64,000 bases of DNA from Phaeosaccion multiseriatum (GCA_965112735.1 OZ218953.1:4030001-4094000); one strand, 5' to 3'; shown: positions 26,144 to 40,537, counted from the stretch's first letter. Notes: generated by a model from the sequence alone, not told the origin. Translations and numbers: made by a program.

Positions 26144-26773
26144 GATGCTGCTCCTGTTGTTGTAAGCGCCGTCCACCCCCACGACGTTCAGGTGGCCGGC
26201 CTCGGGGTCGATGCACCTGGCCGTGTCACAGCCCCCTTGGTATGAGAAGACGTGCCTGGCGAGCTGACTAAGACTGCAGGGGAAGCACCAAAAGCTGAGG
26301 CAGCAGTCGTTCCAGCAGCTCCGCTCAGGAAAGCCAAAGCGCACTTTGGCGTAACGCCTCGCCGCCACCAACACCACCAACAGAAACATGCCGTGGAGTT
26401 GGATGGTAGTGAGGACTTCAAGAACGACGAGGGAGATGGTGATGAGCACCACCCAGAAGAAGGGCATCATCCCCAGCCGGTCGGTCAGCTGACCCAGCAA
26501 GATGCACTGCGCAGCCATTGAGCCCGAGGAACAAGAGAGCGAAGGAGTAAGGGAAGCGTGTGAGATACACCAGCCTAGCATAGCAGAGCATAGCAGAGCA
26601 TGGAGAGGATGGACGAGGGGGAAACGGAGAAAGGGCAGAGGATGAAGAGAGGGCGGCAGTCCAGCTGCCGGAGACTCACTGGGCAAAAGAAGGCGTAAAG
26701 GCAGGTTGGGAAAAACTGTGTGCAACAGTCCAGCCACTCGTCTTTCCAGGCTCCTGAGAGAGCATGACAGGGG

Positions 26774-26805
<32 letters not shown>

Positions 26806-27541
26806 CGGGTCAGGCGGAGATTCGAGACGGCTTTACAGTAGGAACAATCTCACCCAACCCCACGAGTACTCCATACCTCTAGGCACCTTGGCGTCCATAA
26901 GAGCGCTTGTCTCGAACTTGTAAATAAATTGCTGAGAGGACGAGAGAGAGAGGGAGAGAGAAAGAGCGGCAGAGTTGAGAACGCGAGTGAGAAAGAGGGG
27001 GCAGGCGTTCCTTTTCTCTTCTCTCTTCGTCTACCGTACCTGCCGCGAGCCACACCACAGCGCCTCAGTGAGGGGGGGTTGCAGCGCGAGGGCGGGGCTA
27101 CCAGGTGCTTGAGGTGCTTGAGGAGCGTACCCCGGCGGCATGTTAGGCACTCCATCAAGCCCAGGCTGCACGGTCGTCACGTAGGGCTGCTGCTGCTGCT
27201 GCTGCGGTTGCTGAGGAAGGGCCACTTTGTTCACGAAAGCGGGGGGGGGGGCGGGTTGAAGAACGTTCTCCAAAGCGAAAGAAAGGTAGCTTAGCCCTCA
27301 GGCCAGAGGATGAACACATACACAGGAACCATTGTCATGCCGAGGATGCTCAAACGATTCATGCTATAGCTAACCATTCATGCGGTGTCTTGCACACACT
27401 ACCTGCTGAGTAGATCGGGGTGGCATAGTTTTCGAACTGCTGCTGCTGCGCCTGCTGCTGCCCCTGAGGCATCCCCCCAAAGCCCTGGCTTGTAGGACTA
27501 TGCTGAGGCAGGGGCTCATGCCTCCCCTTCTCATCAGCCAT
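25898..27541 (-). CDS. PLAC8 (Cys-rich) family membrane protein
   Basis: Spliced GAWKDEWLDCCTQFFPTCLYAFFCP-CILLGQL...RRYAKVRFGFPERSCWNDCCLSFWCFPCSLSQLARH; P/Q-rich termini. Confidence 0.88.
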
Positions 27542-28329
27542 CCTTTATTTGCTTCTTTGAAGCGAAGAAAATTAGAGAGAAGGGAGGGGAGGGGAGATGG
27601 TAAAAAATTACTTTTAGACACGTGTGAGTGGTTTCTTTCACAGCCCCGGTGTGCTATCTGCTATCGCCGGCGGCGGATACATGCTATCGAGAATGCGTCG
27701 ATAGCACGTCAGGGGTCGAGTAGCAACAAAGTCACAGTCGGCCCCTGACCTGTTTCCCTGTTTCCCGTTTCTGGCCGGTTTGGGGGGCTGCGGGGCATGC
27801 ACTGATGTCGAGGTCGACTTTCATTGAAAGTCGATCTTCGATATACGAAAATCGAGACGATAGTCGACGTGCTGAACTGAAAATCGACCTCCATAAACGA
27901 GAATACCTCGATGTCTGTTTCCTGTTTCCAGGTTGTGGAAGTCTAAGAAAGAGGGGCCAGTCGTAAGACAGCCTTGAGAGTTGTAAAAGGCGATTGGCGT
28001 AGTGCAGTGATGTTACCAAAGATTCGGCGATAGGGGCACTTTAGGGGGGGAGGGCCCTCTGGGCTGCAAGACATGCTTATGTAAGACCCGCATGGCCCTG
28101 ACGTAAGGAACAGGAGTTTCAGTTTGTTGGGCCTCCACACGCTGCAGGGCCGTAGAACTGAACTTGATAGAGGTTGCAGGAGGCAACGATGCCGGCATTC
28201 GACTTGTCTCGACGAGGGCAACACGATGCGCATGTTCAAAGTCGCTAAAACAGTAGTTTGGGGTCGTTTGGGTGTCTCTAAACCCTGAGTGAGTCTCTTA
28301 CTTTTTATGTACACGCGCTCCCTCTTGCG

Positions 28330-30417
28330 TCAGCCGTAGACCCCGTGCTGCGTGCCCTGCATCTGTGTGTGATTCAACCGCAGCTGAAGGTGAAGCTGCG
28401 ACGCTTCTTCCTGTATGGCTGCCTGCTGATGCTGGACCTCCTCCTCCTCACCCCCCGCAGCAGCAGCAGCACCACCTCCACCACCAGCACTTCGAACAGC
28501 ACCAACACCGTGGCCACCCCCCATGCCCTCCTCCCCGAGCAGGTCTTCCAGAGGCAGGGGCATGTCATCGCTGGCCGCCGCCGCCTCTTGGCCTTGGTAG
28601 TCCTCCGCGCCTCCCTCCCCGCGCCACGCCCCTCTCGCTGCACTTGAGTCCGAGCCTGAGCCTGGCACGACAAGGACGGGATGGCGAGGATAAGGTGGGG
28701 TGGCAGGAGCGAGCCCAGTAGGAGTGGACGAGAGAGGCAGAGCATGGCAAGCAGCGAGGCAACCGAGAGACAACAAACAGATACAGTAAGCCCTGATCTA
28801 TTTTACAACGAAACCGAAACCACCCCCCGAGAGGAAGAATGCACTCGTCACACACAACCCCCCACCACACCCAATCACACCCAATCACGCTCGCTGCCAC
28901 ACAGCCCCGCACGTACGTCGTCTCTTTTCGAGTTGGCGGGGAAGAGAGACCATGTTCGCCCCTGCGTGGTTGGTGCAGAATCTGCGCTTCTTTGTCACGG
29001 GGTCCCCATACGAGGGCGTCTTGCGGCACCCTGCCACCTGCGGAGGAGAGGGAGGAAGAGACAGGGCGTGATGTGAGTCCAGGCGACAGAAGGCACTACG
29101 AGGACTGCTCTCGCCAAGTGAAACGCGCAGGCCCACGTATATCCATGTACACGAGAAATACACCCATGCAGCTCAGACTCCTTCCCGTGCCGCCGAGCCG
29201 CAGCGGCAGCAAAAGCAGCAGCAGCAGCAACAGGGCCGCCTTCTCGGTCACCCCTCACCTCGCAGCGCTTGTGCACAACGTCAACGTTACCGGGCTCCTT
29301 GTGCGTGGAGCAGAAGCGTGGCGCCTCATTGGGAGGAGCGAAGCTGCTGCGCCTCCCACAGCCTGCCTCGCAGAAGCGGGTCTTTACATCCATCATGCCA
29401 TTGCTGCTCGTGGACACGAGAGAGGGGAAAGAGGGGCGAAGGAGAGGGGGGAGCACACGGCCTCGTGAAGGAAGTGTTGCTATCTCACGCACGCACGCAC
29501 GCACAGAGGCAAGAGAGAGGAAGGGGGTGGGGTGGGAAGAGCGACAGAGGGGTCTGCTATCGCTTCTATAAAGCACACACGCAAAATCGAGAAGTTCCCA
29601 AGTGCACTTTAGCGTGGACAATGCAGACTTCACGCCCGCAGTGAAAGGCGAAGGGGTGTGGCTGCAGCACCACTTACCCTCTGTGATCGGCGCAGAAGAG
29701 AGGAGGCCGTCCCTTGAAGCTTTAGTAAGGCGAGGACAAGGAGAACAAGGGGGGGAGGGGGGGCAGAGAGCGAGATGAGAGACACCCCAGCATGAGTAGC
29801 AAGTTTTTCTTCCGTGGGGAAGCTGGGGGGCACTCACTTGAACAAGGCGAGGGCAGAGCACGAGCCCTTGGAGCACCGTGGGGGGTGGTGAGCGTCTGCA
29901 GTGCTCTGCGTTGTGCCGTCCATTCCATCGTGTAAGCATGCAAGAGGTCGAGGCCAGAGAAGTTCAGTCAGAGGTGGTGAAGGAAGGATAGCAGCGGACT
30001 TGGGTGAGCAAACAGGGCAGCGCCACACTTGCTTCGACTTGAGTGGCAGGCAGGCGCCCATTCCTCGAGAGGAACGACGTGGCAGTGAGCAGGCAGGGCC
30101 ATGGGCTTCGTGAAGCACAACTCACTACCCCAACCACATTGCGTGGGCTGGTTGAAGGACGGGGACGGAACGCATGAAGCTCCCTCCAGACAACAAGGTG
30201 GGTCACAATGAAGCACAACCATGAACAATCGGCACTCACCCGATGAGCGAAGCATCGCAAGGGCACCCCACCCGAAGGCCCATACCTCGGAGGTTCGAAG
30301 CACCCCCTCGCACAACAAAACTGGGTCTCCCCCCCCCCCTCTGCTCCTTCCATGACTGTTGGTACTGCTCCTCCGCCGCCTCCTTCGTCTGCTTCCCCTG
30401 GGGATACATGCAGCGGG

Positions 30418-30454
<37 letters not shown>

Positions 30455-30962
30455 ATGCTGCCCAAGGACTTGGTGGAGCTGTGGCGGTGGCGGCTGCTGC
30501 CCTTGCCTCTCCCGGGGGGGACAGACCTGATGCACGGACATGGACAAAAAGGAGGCATGCACATACACGGTCGGAGAGGAGAGCCAGGTGGATACAGTGA
30601 AGAGAAGGTACCTCGTGCGCATCCACAAAGAGCCCCCTTGGCCGAAGCCTGCCTTCCCTTCCAATGCCGTCCAGACTATAATAATGTTGCTGCTGGGGTT
30701 CTCACCTTGCCGCTGGACCTCTTCGAAGTCGCCGTTGCCGTTGCCGCGGCCCTCCATGCCCTCCATACCCTCCATGCCCGTGCCCACTCCGCCCTCATGG
30801 CGAGGAGAATCAGCCGAAAGCGGGTACCTGACTACAGTGTCGTCTACCTCCGTCAGCAGCTCCTTCAGTATCAGCTCGTGTATCGCGACCTGGTGAGCGG
30901 GACTGAAGGGCTGGTGAAAGCTTTGCTGCAGCGGAGGGGGGTGGAGGAGGGTCTGACCATAG

Positions 30963-30994
<32 letters not shown>

Positions 30995-32057
30995 GCCCCT
31001 TCTGCTGCTGCTTCCATTGTCACTCCCTCCACTACTGCCGAAGCCAAACCCATTTGTGTTTTGTACGTTTTGTGAGCGTGCCAAGGCCCCGCTACTGCTG
31101 CTGCTGCTGCTGCTACTGCTACGACTACTCTTACTAGTACTACCACTATTACTATTGCGACCCCCTTTCCCGCACTTGACATCCACCATTCCCGGGGCTT
31201 TGTGCTTGGCGCAGAATCGCGGCCGCTCGCCCTTGAAGCCATAGGCAGGTTGCTTGTCGCAGAGCTCGGATAGACATCGACCCTTGTGCACCAGATCAAC
31301 CATACCAGGCAGCTTATGTTGAGAGCACACCACGGGTTTCTCTCCCTGGCAGACAGGGCAAATGGTACGATCAAGTGAGTGAGACATACCCGCCTACACC
31401 CGCCGCCGGGGAAAAGTCGAGCACATCCACCAGTTTCGTACCTGCGCCCCAAAGGAGGGCCTCTTCTCGCAGCCCTCGTGTTGGCATTCGCGTTTGCTCA
31501 CGGCGCCCGCCTTGCCACCACCGCCCCCGCTCTTGCCTGAGCCTGAACTAGCATCCTCCGCTGGGAAACGACATGATAAAGGACACAGCGGGGGCGGAAG
31601 GAGCGCGTGAGGAGGGATGCCAGAACCGCGCGCAATCTTGCTAAAACGACTGACGTCCGAGCTAACCTGCTGTCTCCGAAGATGGTAGCACAAGCTGGGG
31701 GTACTTGAGAAGAAAAGAATCCACCTCGTGGGCGAAACCAGTCCCTCTGGCGGGGACACTCGCCAGCAACTCCTGCGGCTGCTGCTGCTGGACCCCACCA
31801 TCGCCTCCTTGTAGCAAAACCCCTGCTTGCGCAAGATGTGCCACGAAGAGGTCCAGGACGGAGCGCAAAAAAGCCCGATTAGCAGCAGAGGAGGCACCGG
31901 GAAGGGGGGGAAGGGGCGAAGGGAGGGGCGATGGAAGTGGGGTTGCTGGGGAGTTTCCCCATGCGGCCACTGCCTCCGCTGCTGCTTCCCTCTCTTCTTC
32001 CTCCTCCGCTACTGCCAGAACTGCATCCAACCCAGAACACTCCAGCCGTATGGCCAT
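28330..32057 (-). CDS. EsV-1-7 cysteine-rich repeat protein (~6 repeats); may be one or two genes
   Basis: Repeats C-x3-GC-x-K-x-P-x-[FY]G-x5-6-C-x2-H-K-x-PGM-x-D-V, e.g. CQHEGCEKRPSFGAQ-GEKPVVCSQHKLPGMVDLV, CEAGCGRRSSFAPPNEAPRFCSTHKEPGNVDVV, CE-VAGCRKTPSYGDPVTKKRRFCTNH. Confidence 0.8.
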
Positions 32058-32219
32058 CCTTTTTCTTCACGGAGAAGAACCAGGTTTACAGTATATTACA
32101 CCCTTAAGACGCCGCCATTTGCAAAATTATATTACCAACTGCGGAGCTTGCTTCGCTTTCCTCTTTCCTCCCCCCCTTCTTTTTCCCCTTTAGAATCTTC
32201 CCCTCGCCGAGCAGAGCCA

Positions 32220-32254
<35 letters not shown>

Positions 32255-32389
32255 ATGTGTGTCTGTGAGAGAGAGAGCGAGTGTCCTCAAGAACGTTTTG
32301 AGTGAGCCCAGCCCAACCCAATCCACCCCAGAAGACTTGCTGCTCTCGCTCGGCTGAGAGGGGAAGGGAAGGTTAAAGGTGGAGACACT

Positions 32390-33979
32390 ATGGAGATGAG
32401 ATCGGGCGGGAGCGGAGCATGTTCCAAGTCAGCGGAGTTCAAGGTCGTAGTTTTGGGTGATAAGGGCGTGGGAAAAACAAGCTTGGTGCTGCGTTTCACG
32501 GAGGGAGTGTGGCACCCCAGGCAGCAGAGCACCATCGGAGCGTTTTTCTTATCGAAGACCATGACGTGAGTCCCTTTTCTTCCCTACAAGCCTTCCCATT
32601 CCTTCACTATCTCTCCTTCTTCTTGAGCCTTCGGCCAGCAAGTCTATCCTCCTTCTGGCACTCCTTATTATTTTCACACACCTGATCCCGCTCCCCCCAG
32701 AACCTCAGACGGGACGGTGTGCAAGTGCCAGATTTGGGACACAGCGGGGCAAGAGCGTTTCCGGGCTGTAGCGCCAATGTACTACAGGTGAGAGCACTCG
32801 CCTACTCTGCGGCCTCTCCCCTCCAGTGAGATGCACTGCGCGCTTACTACTTGCTGCTCCTGTCGCACATTTTAACCCACGCTCGCCGAAACGCTGCAGA
32901 AACGCAGCCGCTGCGATAATTTGTTTCGACATTACATCAGAAGCGAGCTTTAATAAGATGAAGGTACGAGTGGGAGGAAGGCGTTGCGCCCCGGAATGGG
33001 AATGGGTGCGCATGAAGTCCCTGACAGCGTTGGCCCTCGCGCACTCACATGTCGTACCAAAAGTAGGGAAGGACATTTGCTTCTTTCCTGGTCACCCCTG
33101 CACCAGGCTGACGGCTCTACATTTAGCAACCAAGATGTTTCGCTTTATACCGCAATGGCAATGCCCCCTTGTGTCTTGTTTGTCTTCACATCACCCTCCA
33201 GGACTGGGTGGAGGAGCTCAAGACGATGCTCGAGGAGGGGCGGATTCTCGTCGCCATTTCCTGCAACAAGACCGACCTGGAGGAGGCTCGAGTGGTGCCG
33301 AGGGCGCGAGTAGAGGAGTTTTCGCGGACAGTCGGCGCCATTCTGTGTGAAACAAGCGCCAAGGAGAACCGTGGAGTCGCGGAGCTGTTCCAGCAGGTAA
33401 TAATGGCGCTGTGCGCGCTGTGCAAGTACGGGGAAGGGGGCGGCGTGCATGTTGGGAGTGAGATTCGAGCGCGCCATAGACCTGTGGATCGATAGATGCA
33501 CGTGCTCAAGCTTCAGCCCGAGAGGTGTGTGGGGGAGCTCTCCCCCGGGACAAACCTGGTCCCTGACTCGTCGGACACCGCGGCACTTTGTCAAGCTCAC
33601 AACTGCCTGGGTGTATTTCCAACACGCGACACGTGCAGGTCAGCGAGAAGGTGATGGCAACACAAGGCCCTGCCCTCATGAAAAGAAGCAGCGAGCAGGG
33701 GGCATACGGGCTGGAGAGGGGCGCGAGCAACTCCGCTTTCGGACTCTCTCCCGCCGCCATGTGAGTGCGTGAGTGCGTGAGTGCATCCGGGTGGTAGTGG
33801 GCGCCGGCCCGAGTCATGCGCACGGAAGTTCTCCTCTCTTCCTCTTCCTACAACTGTAGTCTCACCCCGAATTCGCCCTCCCCTTTCGGCTCCTCGGCTC
33901 CTGTGTAACCAAATCCAGAGCGGCGGGCTTCACGGAGCGACGGAAACCCCCAACCACCTCCTCGTCGTGCTGCAGCTAG
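32390..33979 (+). CDS. Rab GTPase of the Rab5 supergroup
   Basis: Six exons: [49 protein letters not shown]-terminal ...SSSCCS prenylation motif. Confidence 0.92.
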
Positions 33980-34326
33980 AGGCCCAGCGGCAGGGAGAAA
34001 GATATATATCCTCCTTGCCCACTCCGCAAGGTGGGACTCTCTCTTGCTGTCTGCCCGTCGCCAGCAGTGATGCCCACCAGCCTGGGTCCGTGCTCGTTTG
34101 GCACTTGGCATGTATGTAGTGTAAAAAAAATAAAGGAAAAGCTCCGTTGTCTATTGTTTCTTTCCAATCATGGCGCTCCATCACACACACTCTCTCGCGC
34201 GCCTCCCATGCTGCCCTGCCCTTCTCGTCTTCTCATCTGCACAACTGACTTATGCCTGACGACTCCTAAGGGACAGTAGAATCATCTATGGTATTTAGGA
34301 ATCACATCCGAAGATTGGCAGATGGC

Positions 34327-37300
34327 TCACATGCTGCTGCTGCGGCGTCGCCTCCCTTCGCCTTCGCTCTCCACGTCCACTTCTGATGTAGGCCCACCAC
34401 CTAGGTAGTCCTTCGCCTGCTGCTGCTGCTGCTGCTGTTGCTGCTGCAGTCCCTTCTTCCTGCCGCTGCGGCCCGCTCCAGCACCACCACCGCCGCGACC
34501 AGAGGTCCCTCCTCCCGCCGCAAAGAGCGACCGCTCGGCTCGCTCCTTCTTCTCGTAGCAGACAAGGGTGTCCCCGGGCTCGAAGTCGCTGAAGTCGGGC
34601 AGACTCAAGCCGCCCTCCTGTCCCTTCTTGAGCTCCGCCACGCTGTCCTTAAAGTGCCTCATGCTCACGGCGTTCTCGCAGTCCACCACCACCGCTCCCT
34701 TTCGCTCCACTCTGAAGCGCTTGCCCTGCGGTGGTGGGGGGAGTCACATGCAGGCAGGCAGGAAGGGAGGGACAGAGGGACAGAGGGGGAGGAAAAGGGA
34801 CGTCAGTGGCTCGTCACGCATGACACCAATTGAAGCTCCCTCCGTGCAAATGTTCGAACAACAGTCAGTACGAGAGTAAACCTTACGCAAGTACTTGACA
34901 GCCCTCGCGGGGCCCTGCCTACTCCTTCCTAACGGACCCCGACAGGACAGGACAGGACAGGCTGTAGCTCACCTGCAGCAGCTTCCCGTCCGTAATGACA
35001 AAGCCGGCGATCTTGACCTTGCGACTGGTACCTGCGTTCCAGTCAAATAGCTCCTTCACCTCCGCCTTGCCTAGCACCTCGTCCTCGTACTGAGGCGGGA
35101 GTTTGGCAGTGAGCAGCTCCACCATCCGATCCAAGAAGCGGTAAATCACATCGAATTCCAACACCTCTACGCCGGCCCTCTTGGCTGCGGCACGCACACT
35201 TGCCCCTGCGTGTGTGTGTGTGTGTGTGGGGGGGGGGGGGGGGACAGGGCCGACTTTACAACAAGGGCGGGACTTGGTCTCGGTCAGAGAGGGGCAGGAA
35301 CTGCATGGTCATGGCCCAGTATGACCGGGGGCAGCAGGGCGGGTCCCCCTCTTCTCCGGACCCCACGTCTCGCTTTGGCCCATCCCATCTCACCCCATGC
35401 TCAGTCTGATGTGTGAAAAAGGAACGCATACACGCATTTCGACAAGCTCGTCACCTACCCCACCCACCTCCTTTCCCGACGTTGAAGGCGAAAATCGGCG
35501 CTCCTCCCGCTGTCTCTGCGGCAAGCACATCGGCAGAAGTGACTTCACCCACGCCCTTGCTCACGATGTTGGGGAAGACCTGGGGGCAGGGGACGAATAG
35601 AGCTCGAGGTATTAGCCTTGGCGAAGATTGATAGATACATCGACGCATCGGAGGTCAGCAAGTCGACGTCCTCTGCCGGCCTGACTAAATTCATGGTTCG
35701 CCTCCCCGAGAGAGAGAGAGAGAGAGGAGGTGGGGGGGGCGAGCGCGCTGTTCGTGCCGACGGAGATGCTTCGCACCTGGTCCGTAGGGAGTCCGCTAAG
35801 CACCTCCTCCATGGCCGCCAAAACACCGAGCCCATCCGCCTTGAACACAACATTGTATGCCACAGGCTTGCCCTCCAGAGGGCCTCCCAAGCCCCCCTCT
35901 GCCGCCCTTTGCTGCTCCAGCTTCTCCGCTGCGGTGATCTCTTTCATCACAACCTCGGCCTTCTTGACTCGACGGTGGTAGGGAATCCATACATCGGGGT
36001 CCTGCGCACCCACTTTTCTCGACCACTGGTCCTTTTGTCTGGCTCTGTGGGGTTGTGTGAATCAATCGATCCCACGCGGGGGGGGGGGCGTGTGTGCGTG
36101 TGTGTGGGTGTGAGAAGAGAGGCTTGCGTAATAGGAGGAGGCGTGGCAGAGGCACAGGTCATCCAAGAAGGGGGCGCAAACGAGGAAGGGGGGTGGAACC
36201 TTGTTTCTCTGCTCGGCAAACGAAACTGCAAAACCCCAACTTACTTCTCCTCTTGGACATTCTGCTCCAGATCTGTCTCCAGAGCCTCGAGCATCTTCCT
36301 CTGGCGTGCCTGTGCAATGGCCTTGGCCTTTGACTCGCTCTCCACCACGATGATGTCGTCTCCGGCGGCGGGCAGCCCACTCAGGCCCATGATGCGCACG
36401 GGCTCGCTCACAGAGGCCTTCTTCATCACCTGGGAAGGAAAGGGAAGGGAGGGGGTGAGTGGGCTAAGCGGCCTTCCTTCCTGTGGGTCGTACAATCAAT
36501 ACGCCGTACACGCACGCACACACGCACACACGCACCTGTCCCTCCGAGGACATCATCCTCTTAATCTTGCCGTACTGCTGCCCCACCACCACGGCGTCCC
36601 CCGTCTTGAAGGTGCCCCAGCTCACCAACGCATCCGCCACATTACCAAGCCCCTTGACGTTACACACGTCGAGCACCACGGCCTCTCCTCGGGCTTTCGC
36701 GTCGGCGTGTAGCTCCATGACGTCGGCCATGAGCAAGACGGTCTCCACGAGGTCCTCGATACCCTCCCCTGTGAGTCCTGACACGGGTACCATGGGCACC
36801 TCGCCTTTGAACAGCTCCGTCACCACCCCGTGCTCCAAGAGCTGTGTGTGTGTAGTGTAATGGGAGGTCGTGGTTCGTACCAACAAAAGACAGACAAGCA
36901 ACAGAAGAACAAAGGCGCCCTCAGAGAAATTCTTGCAATGACAAATGAGTTGTAAGACCCCTCCATTTGCCGGCCTGAGTCTGCAGGACAAGAGCAACTT
37001 GACATGGGTAGGGTTGCAAAGTCCATAGTGCAGCACACGCTTTGTAAGAGTCACTCACCTCCAAGCCAACCCTCTCCTTGACCTCTTCCACATCGATACC
37101 GGGCTTGTCCACCTGAGGGGGAAGATGAAGAGGGGGGGTGGGGCCATAATGAGATTACGGAGATAGGCCACAGGCCGCAAAGAGACGCAAAAGTATTGTG
37201 ATGGGACAAGCCCAAGACGTCTGCCGTCTCCGATGGAGAACGCCCAGGTACACAGAGAGAGAGAGGGAGGGAGGCACATTTGCCGTCATCCAGCGAGCCC

Positions 37301-40300
37301 CCCTCCCCACTCCCTGCTTCTGTGATGTTGCTGTCTCCCCTTCCCTCCCCTACCTTGGTGAGCGCCACGACGATTTGGATGCTGGGCTGATCGCGGAGCA
37401 TCTTGAGTATCTCCTCCGTCTGCGTGCTCAATCCGTCGTCGGCGGCCACCACCAGCACCACTATGTCAGTGAGGCGAGCGCTCCCCTGCCGCATGGCTGC
37501 AAAGGCGGCATGTCCGGGAGTGTCGAAGAAGGTAACCCCCCCAGTACGCTCCGCCACCGCCACTTTGAAGGCGCCCAAGCGCTGTGCAAGCAAACGGGGT
37601 GAGGGATGTGTGTGAGAAAGAGAGAGAGTGAAGCGGAGGGGGAAGGAGGAGAAAGTGACAGACAGACAGACAGACAGAGAAGGGGCCACACAAGAGCCCC
37701 TGCTCTCGACAATCGCGCCTCCCCTCCCCTCCTGCCGAGTGCCCTGCTCTATACCTGTGTGATGCCCGCTGCCTCCTTGGCTGCCGTGTTGGTGTTGCGC
37801 AGCTTGTCCAGGAGCGTCGTCTTGCCGTGGTCCACATGCCCCATCACGCTCACAACTGGTGGTCGAAGGGGTAGATTCAGATAGTCCTCCTTGTCCTTGG
37901 CGTCCATCTGAGCAAGAGTCTGGTCGACTGCTTCTCTTGGTGCGGGGGCATTCGCAATTTGAGTCGTAGCAGCAGCAGCAGCATCCTGCTGATGCTTCCC
38001 TGTCTGTGCCTTCTCCTCCTGCTCCCGCTGCTCCTGCGGAAGCGACAAGGGTGTGCGCTTGACATCAAGGTCCTCTGGGACTTGCTCCTGCGTCACCTTG
38101 AGGCCGAGCTCCATGCAGAGCACCATCGCGGTGTCCTCATCTACCATGGTCCGCTTATGGTTCGCCCGGAAGCCTAGGGGTATGGGAGACAGCGAGAGAA
38201 AGATAAGGATAGGATGGGCCCCGCCGAAGGAAAAAGCGTTGGGCATACGCCACCATCCACCCACCGCCCAACACTAAACTGAAACACTCTCTCCAGATAC
38301 ACTCACCCAGTCCCCGGAGCTTCCTGGTTACTTGGTCAATCGTCTTGCTTGTCAGGGCGGCAATCTCGTTGACCTGCAGCGCCCGTCTCGGCAGCTCAAC
38401 CTCCTGCGGACCCTGGTTGGTGCCCCTCTGCTCGTTTCTCTTGTCTCTCTTTACCACTGCCGCCCGCTTCTGCAAGTCTCTTCGCGACCGCGGCGCCCGA
38501 TACTCGCGTCGGCCATCCTCCTTATCCCCAGCGCTGCCGCTCAAGGTGCCCTCCTCCGTTCCTGCTACTCCTCTGTCCGCCGGCTGCCACACTTGAGGCC
38601 CTAACGGTCGTGCCTCCCGCTGACGGAAGCTCGACAGTATTCCCCTCCTTTCGTCCTCCACGCGCCCCCCCATCGACAGGATTCCCCTCCTTCTTTCGTC
38701 CTCCACGCCCCCCTCCTCTGTCTTCCTCGACTGAGCTGACTTGCCCATGCCGGGGATATCTATCCACTGCTGCCACTCCTCTGCTGACAGTTCAAGGTCA
38801 TCCTCCCGCCGGGTCTGCTATGGTCACAAGAAGGGGAGGGGGGCAGAGGGGTCAGTTAACACACCTTCAAACGAAACCCGACCAAGACCAAAGTCGACCC
38901 AGCATGAGACAAAGACAAGAAGGACGAGGTTCGAGGCTCTCCAACGTCCAACGAGAAACACACACACGTCTTACTTTGCTCCTCCTTTCGCGAGGTGAGT
39001 CTTGCCTCCTTCCTGCAAGGCCTTCAAAAGGGAGAGAAGAGGGCAAGGGGCAGTGCGAGTCAAATCACAGACACGTGTTTGTAGATACCTGCCCGCTGGT
39101 CCCTCGTGCCCTCGGGAGTTATACACACTTACCTTTATCTTTTCGGCCCTTGCCTTCTCCCATCCTCAGTGCATCCATAACGCGCGCCAGCCTCTGTTCC
39201 TCCTCCTTCGTCGGTGCCTCTTCTTTCTGGTTCCGACGGGCAGACGCATCGAGAGGAGCAGCAGCCTCAGCCTCGCGTCTTTGTGGCTGTGGCTGTGCCT
39301 CCCGCCCCGGCTCCGGCCACTCGCGTGCTTGTGCGGCTCTCTGCGGCGGCCGTGCCCCGTTGAGAGTGTCGTGGAACGCCAGGTTATCCTCGCTGCGAAA
39401 GCCCAGCCTCAAAGCCGAAGCCTTCTTCTCACCCCACTCCGCTCGCGGAGGTATCAGCGCTTCCAACCTCGCCGCCATCTCAGAGATATTGGGTCCCTTG
39501 GGCTTCTGGACCGCCCTCCTGCTCGTCCTAACCCTTGCAGCAGCAGCAGCAGCGAGAGTCTTGGCGTCTGCTTGATCGTCTTCCTTCCCGCTCAACCCCA
39601 CCACCGCCCTGGGGACGAGTGCTCGCTTCTTGCCCGCTCTGTGCTGTAAGGGCGCTTCTTCCTTCCTCTTGTTGGCTTCCTCTTCCTTGGCCCTTCTCTG
39701 TGCCAGTGCGTTCTTGGCACTCATGTGCGCCACGAGTCGGGCCTCAACTGCACCATCCTTCTTTGCCTCTGCCTTCATTGTAGGCCCTCCCTCCGCCTTC
39801 ATTGTAAGCTCCACGTGCTTTGTCTGTTGGGATGCCGCCTCGGCGCGCTGGATCCGCAATTGCTGCTGCTGCTGCTCCTGCTGCTGTTGTTGCTGCTGCT
39901 GCTGCTGCCGCCGCCGCTGCTGCTGCTGCTGCTGCTGCTGCTGCCGCTGCTGTTGCTGCTCCCGCTGCTCCTGTTGCCGCTGCCTAATCACCGTCTGCCT
40001 TGCTTCCTCCGCCGCCACCGCCCTCGCCTGTTCTGCCTTCTTCCTCGCCTGATGTTGCTCCCGTCGAGCGTGAGCCATCGCGAGGGCCTCTTGACGAGCC
40101 GCTTCCTGCTTGGCCTTGACTACATTCTGCGTCCACTCCGCGGGGGGCGGCACTAAGCCCCTGATGCCAGACGCCCTATCCCGGAGCTGCTGTGCGCGCG
40201 CAGCCCTTCTCTCCTCCTCCTCCACCTTTCTTTCCTCAAGCAAAGCCTTTCTTCGATCTTGTTCCAAGGCACGTGCACTGTCCGCGGCAGAGTCCCGATG

Positions 40301-40506
40301 ATAAAGGCTGGGACCAAAGTGTCTGCCGAGCTGCCCATCCTCCACAGGGCGGCGGCCCATCTCTTTGTAATCAGACATCCCCTTCCTCCTCGCCCAGTCC
40401 TGCTGCTGCTGGTGGTGGTGGTCCTGGCCCATCCCGCTATGGCGACCGCTGCTCTGCTGCGGCACCTGGGCTGTGCTCGCCGGGCTCATCTGCTGTGGCT
40501 GAGCAC

Positions 40507-40537
<31 letters not shown>

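Noticed and set aside
27930-28260. Possible RNase P/MRP RNA or C/D snoRNA (GGAAGTCT, GTGATG...CTGA)
   Set aside because: No convincing P4 partner or canonical C box; would need an Infernal search
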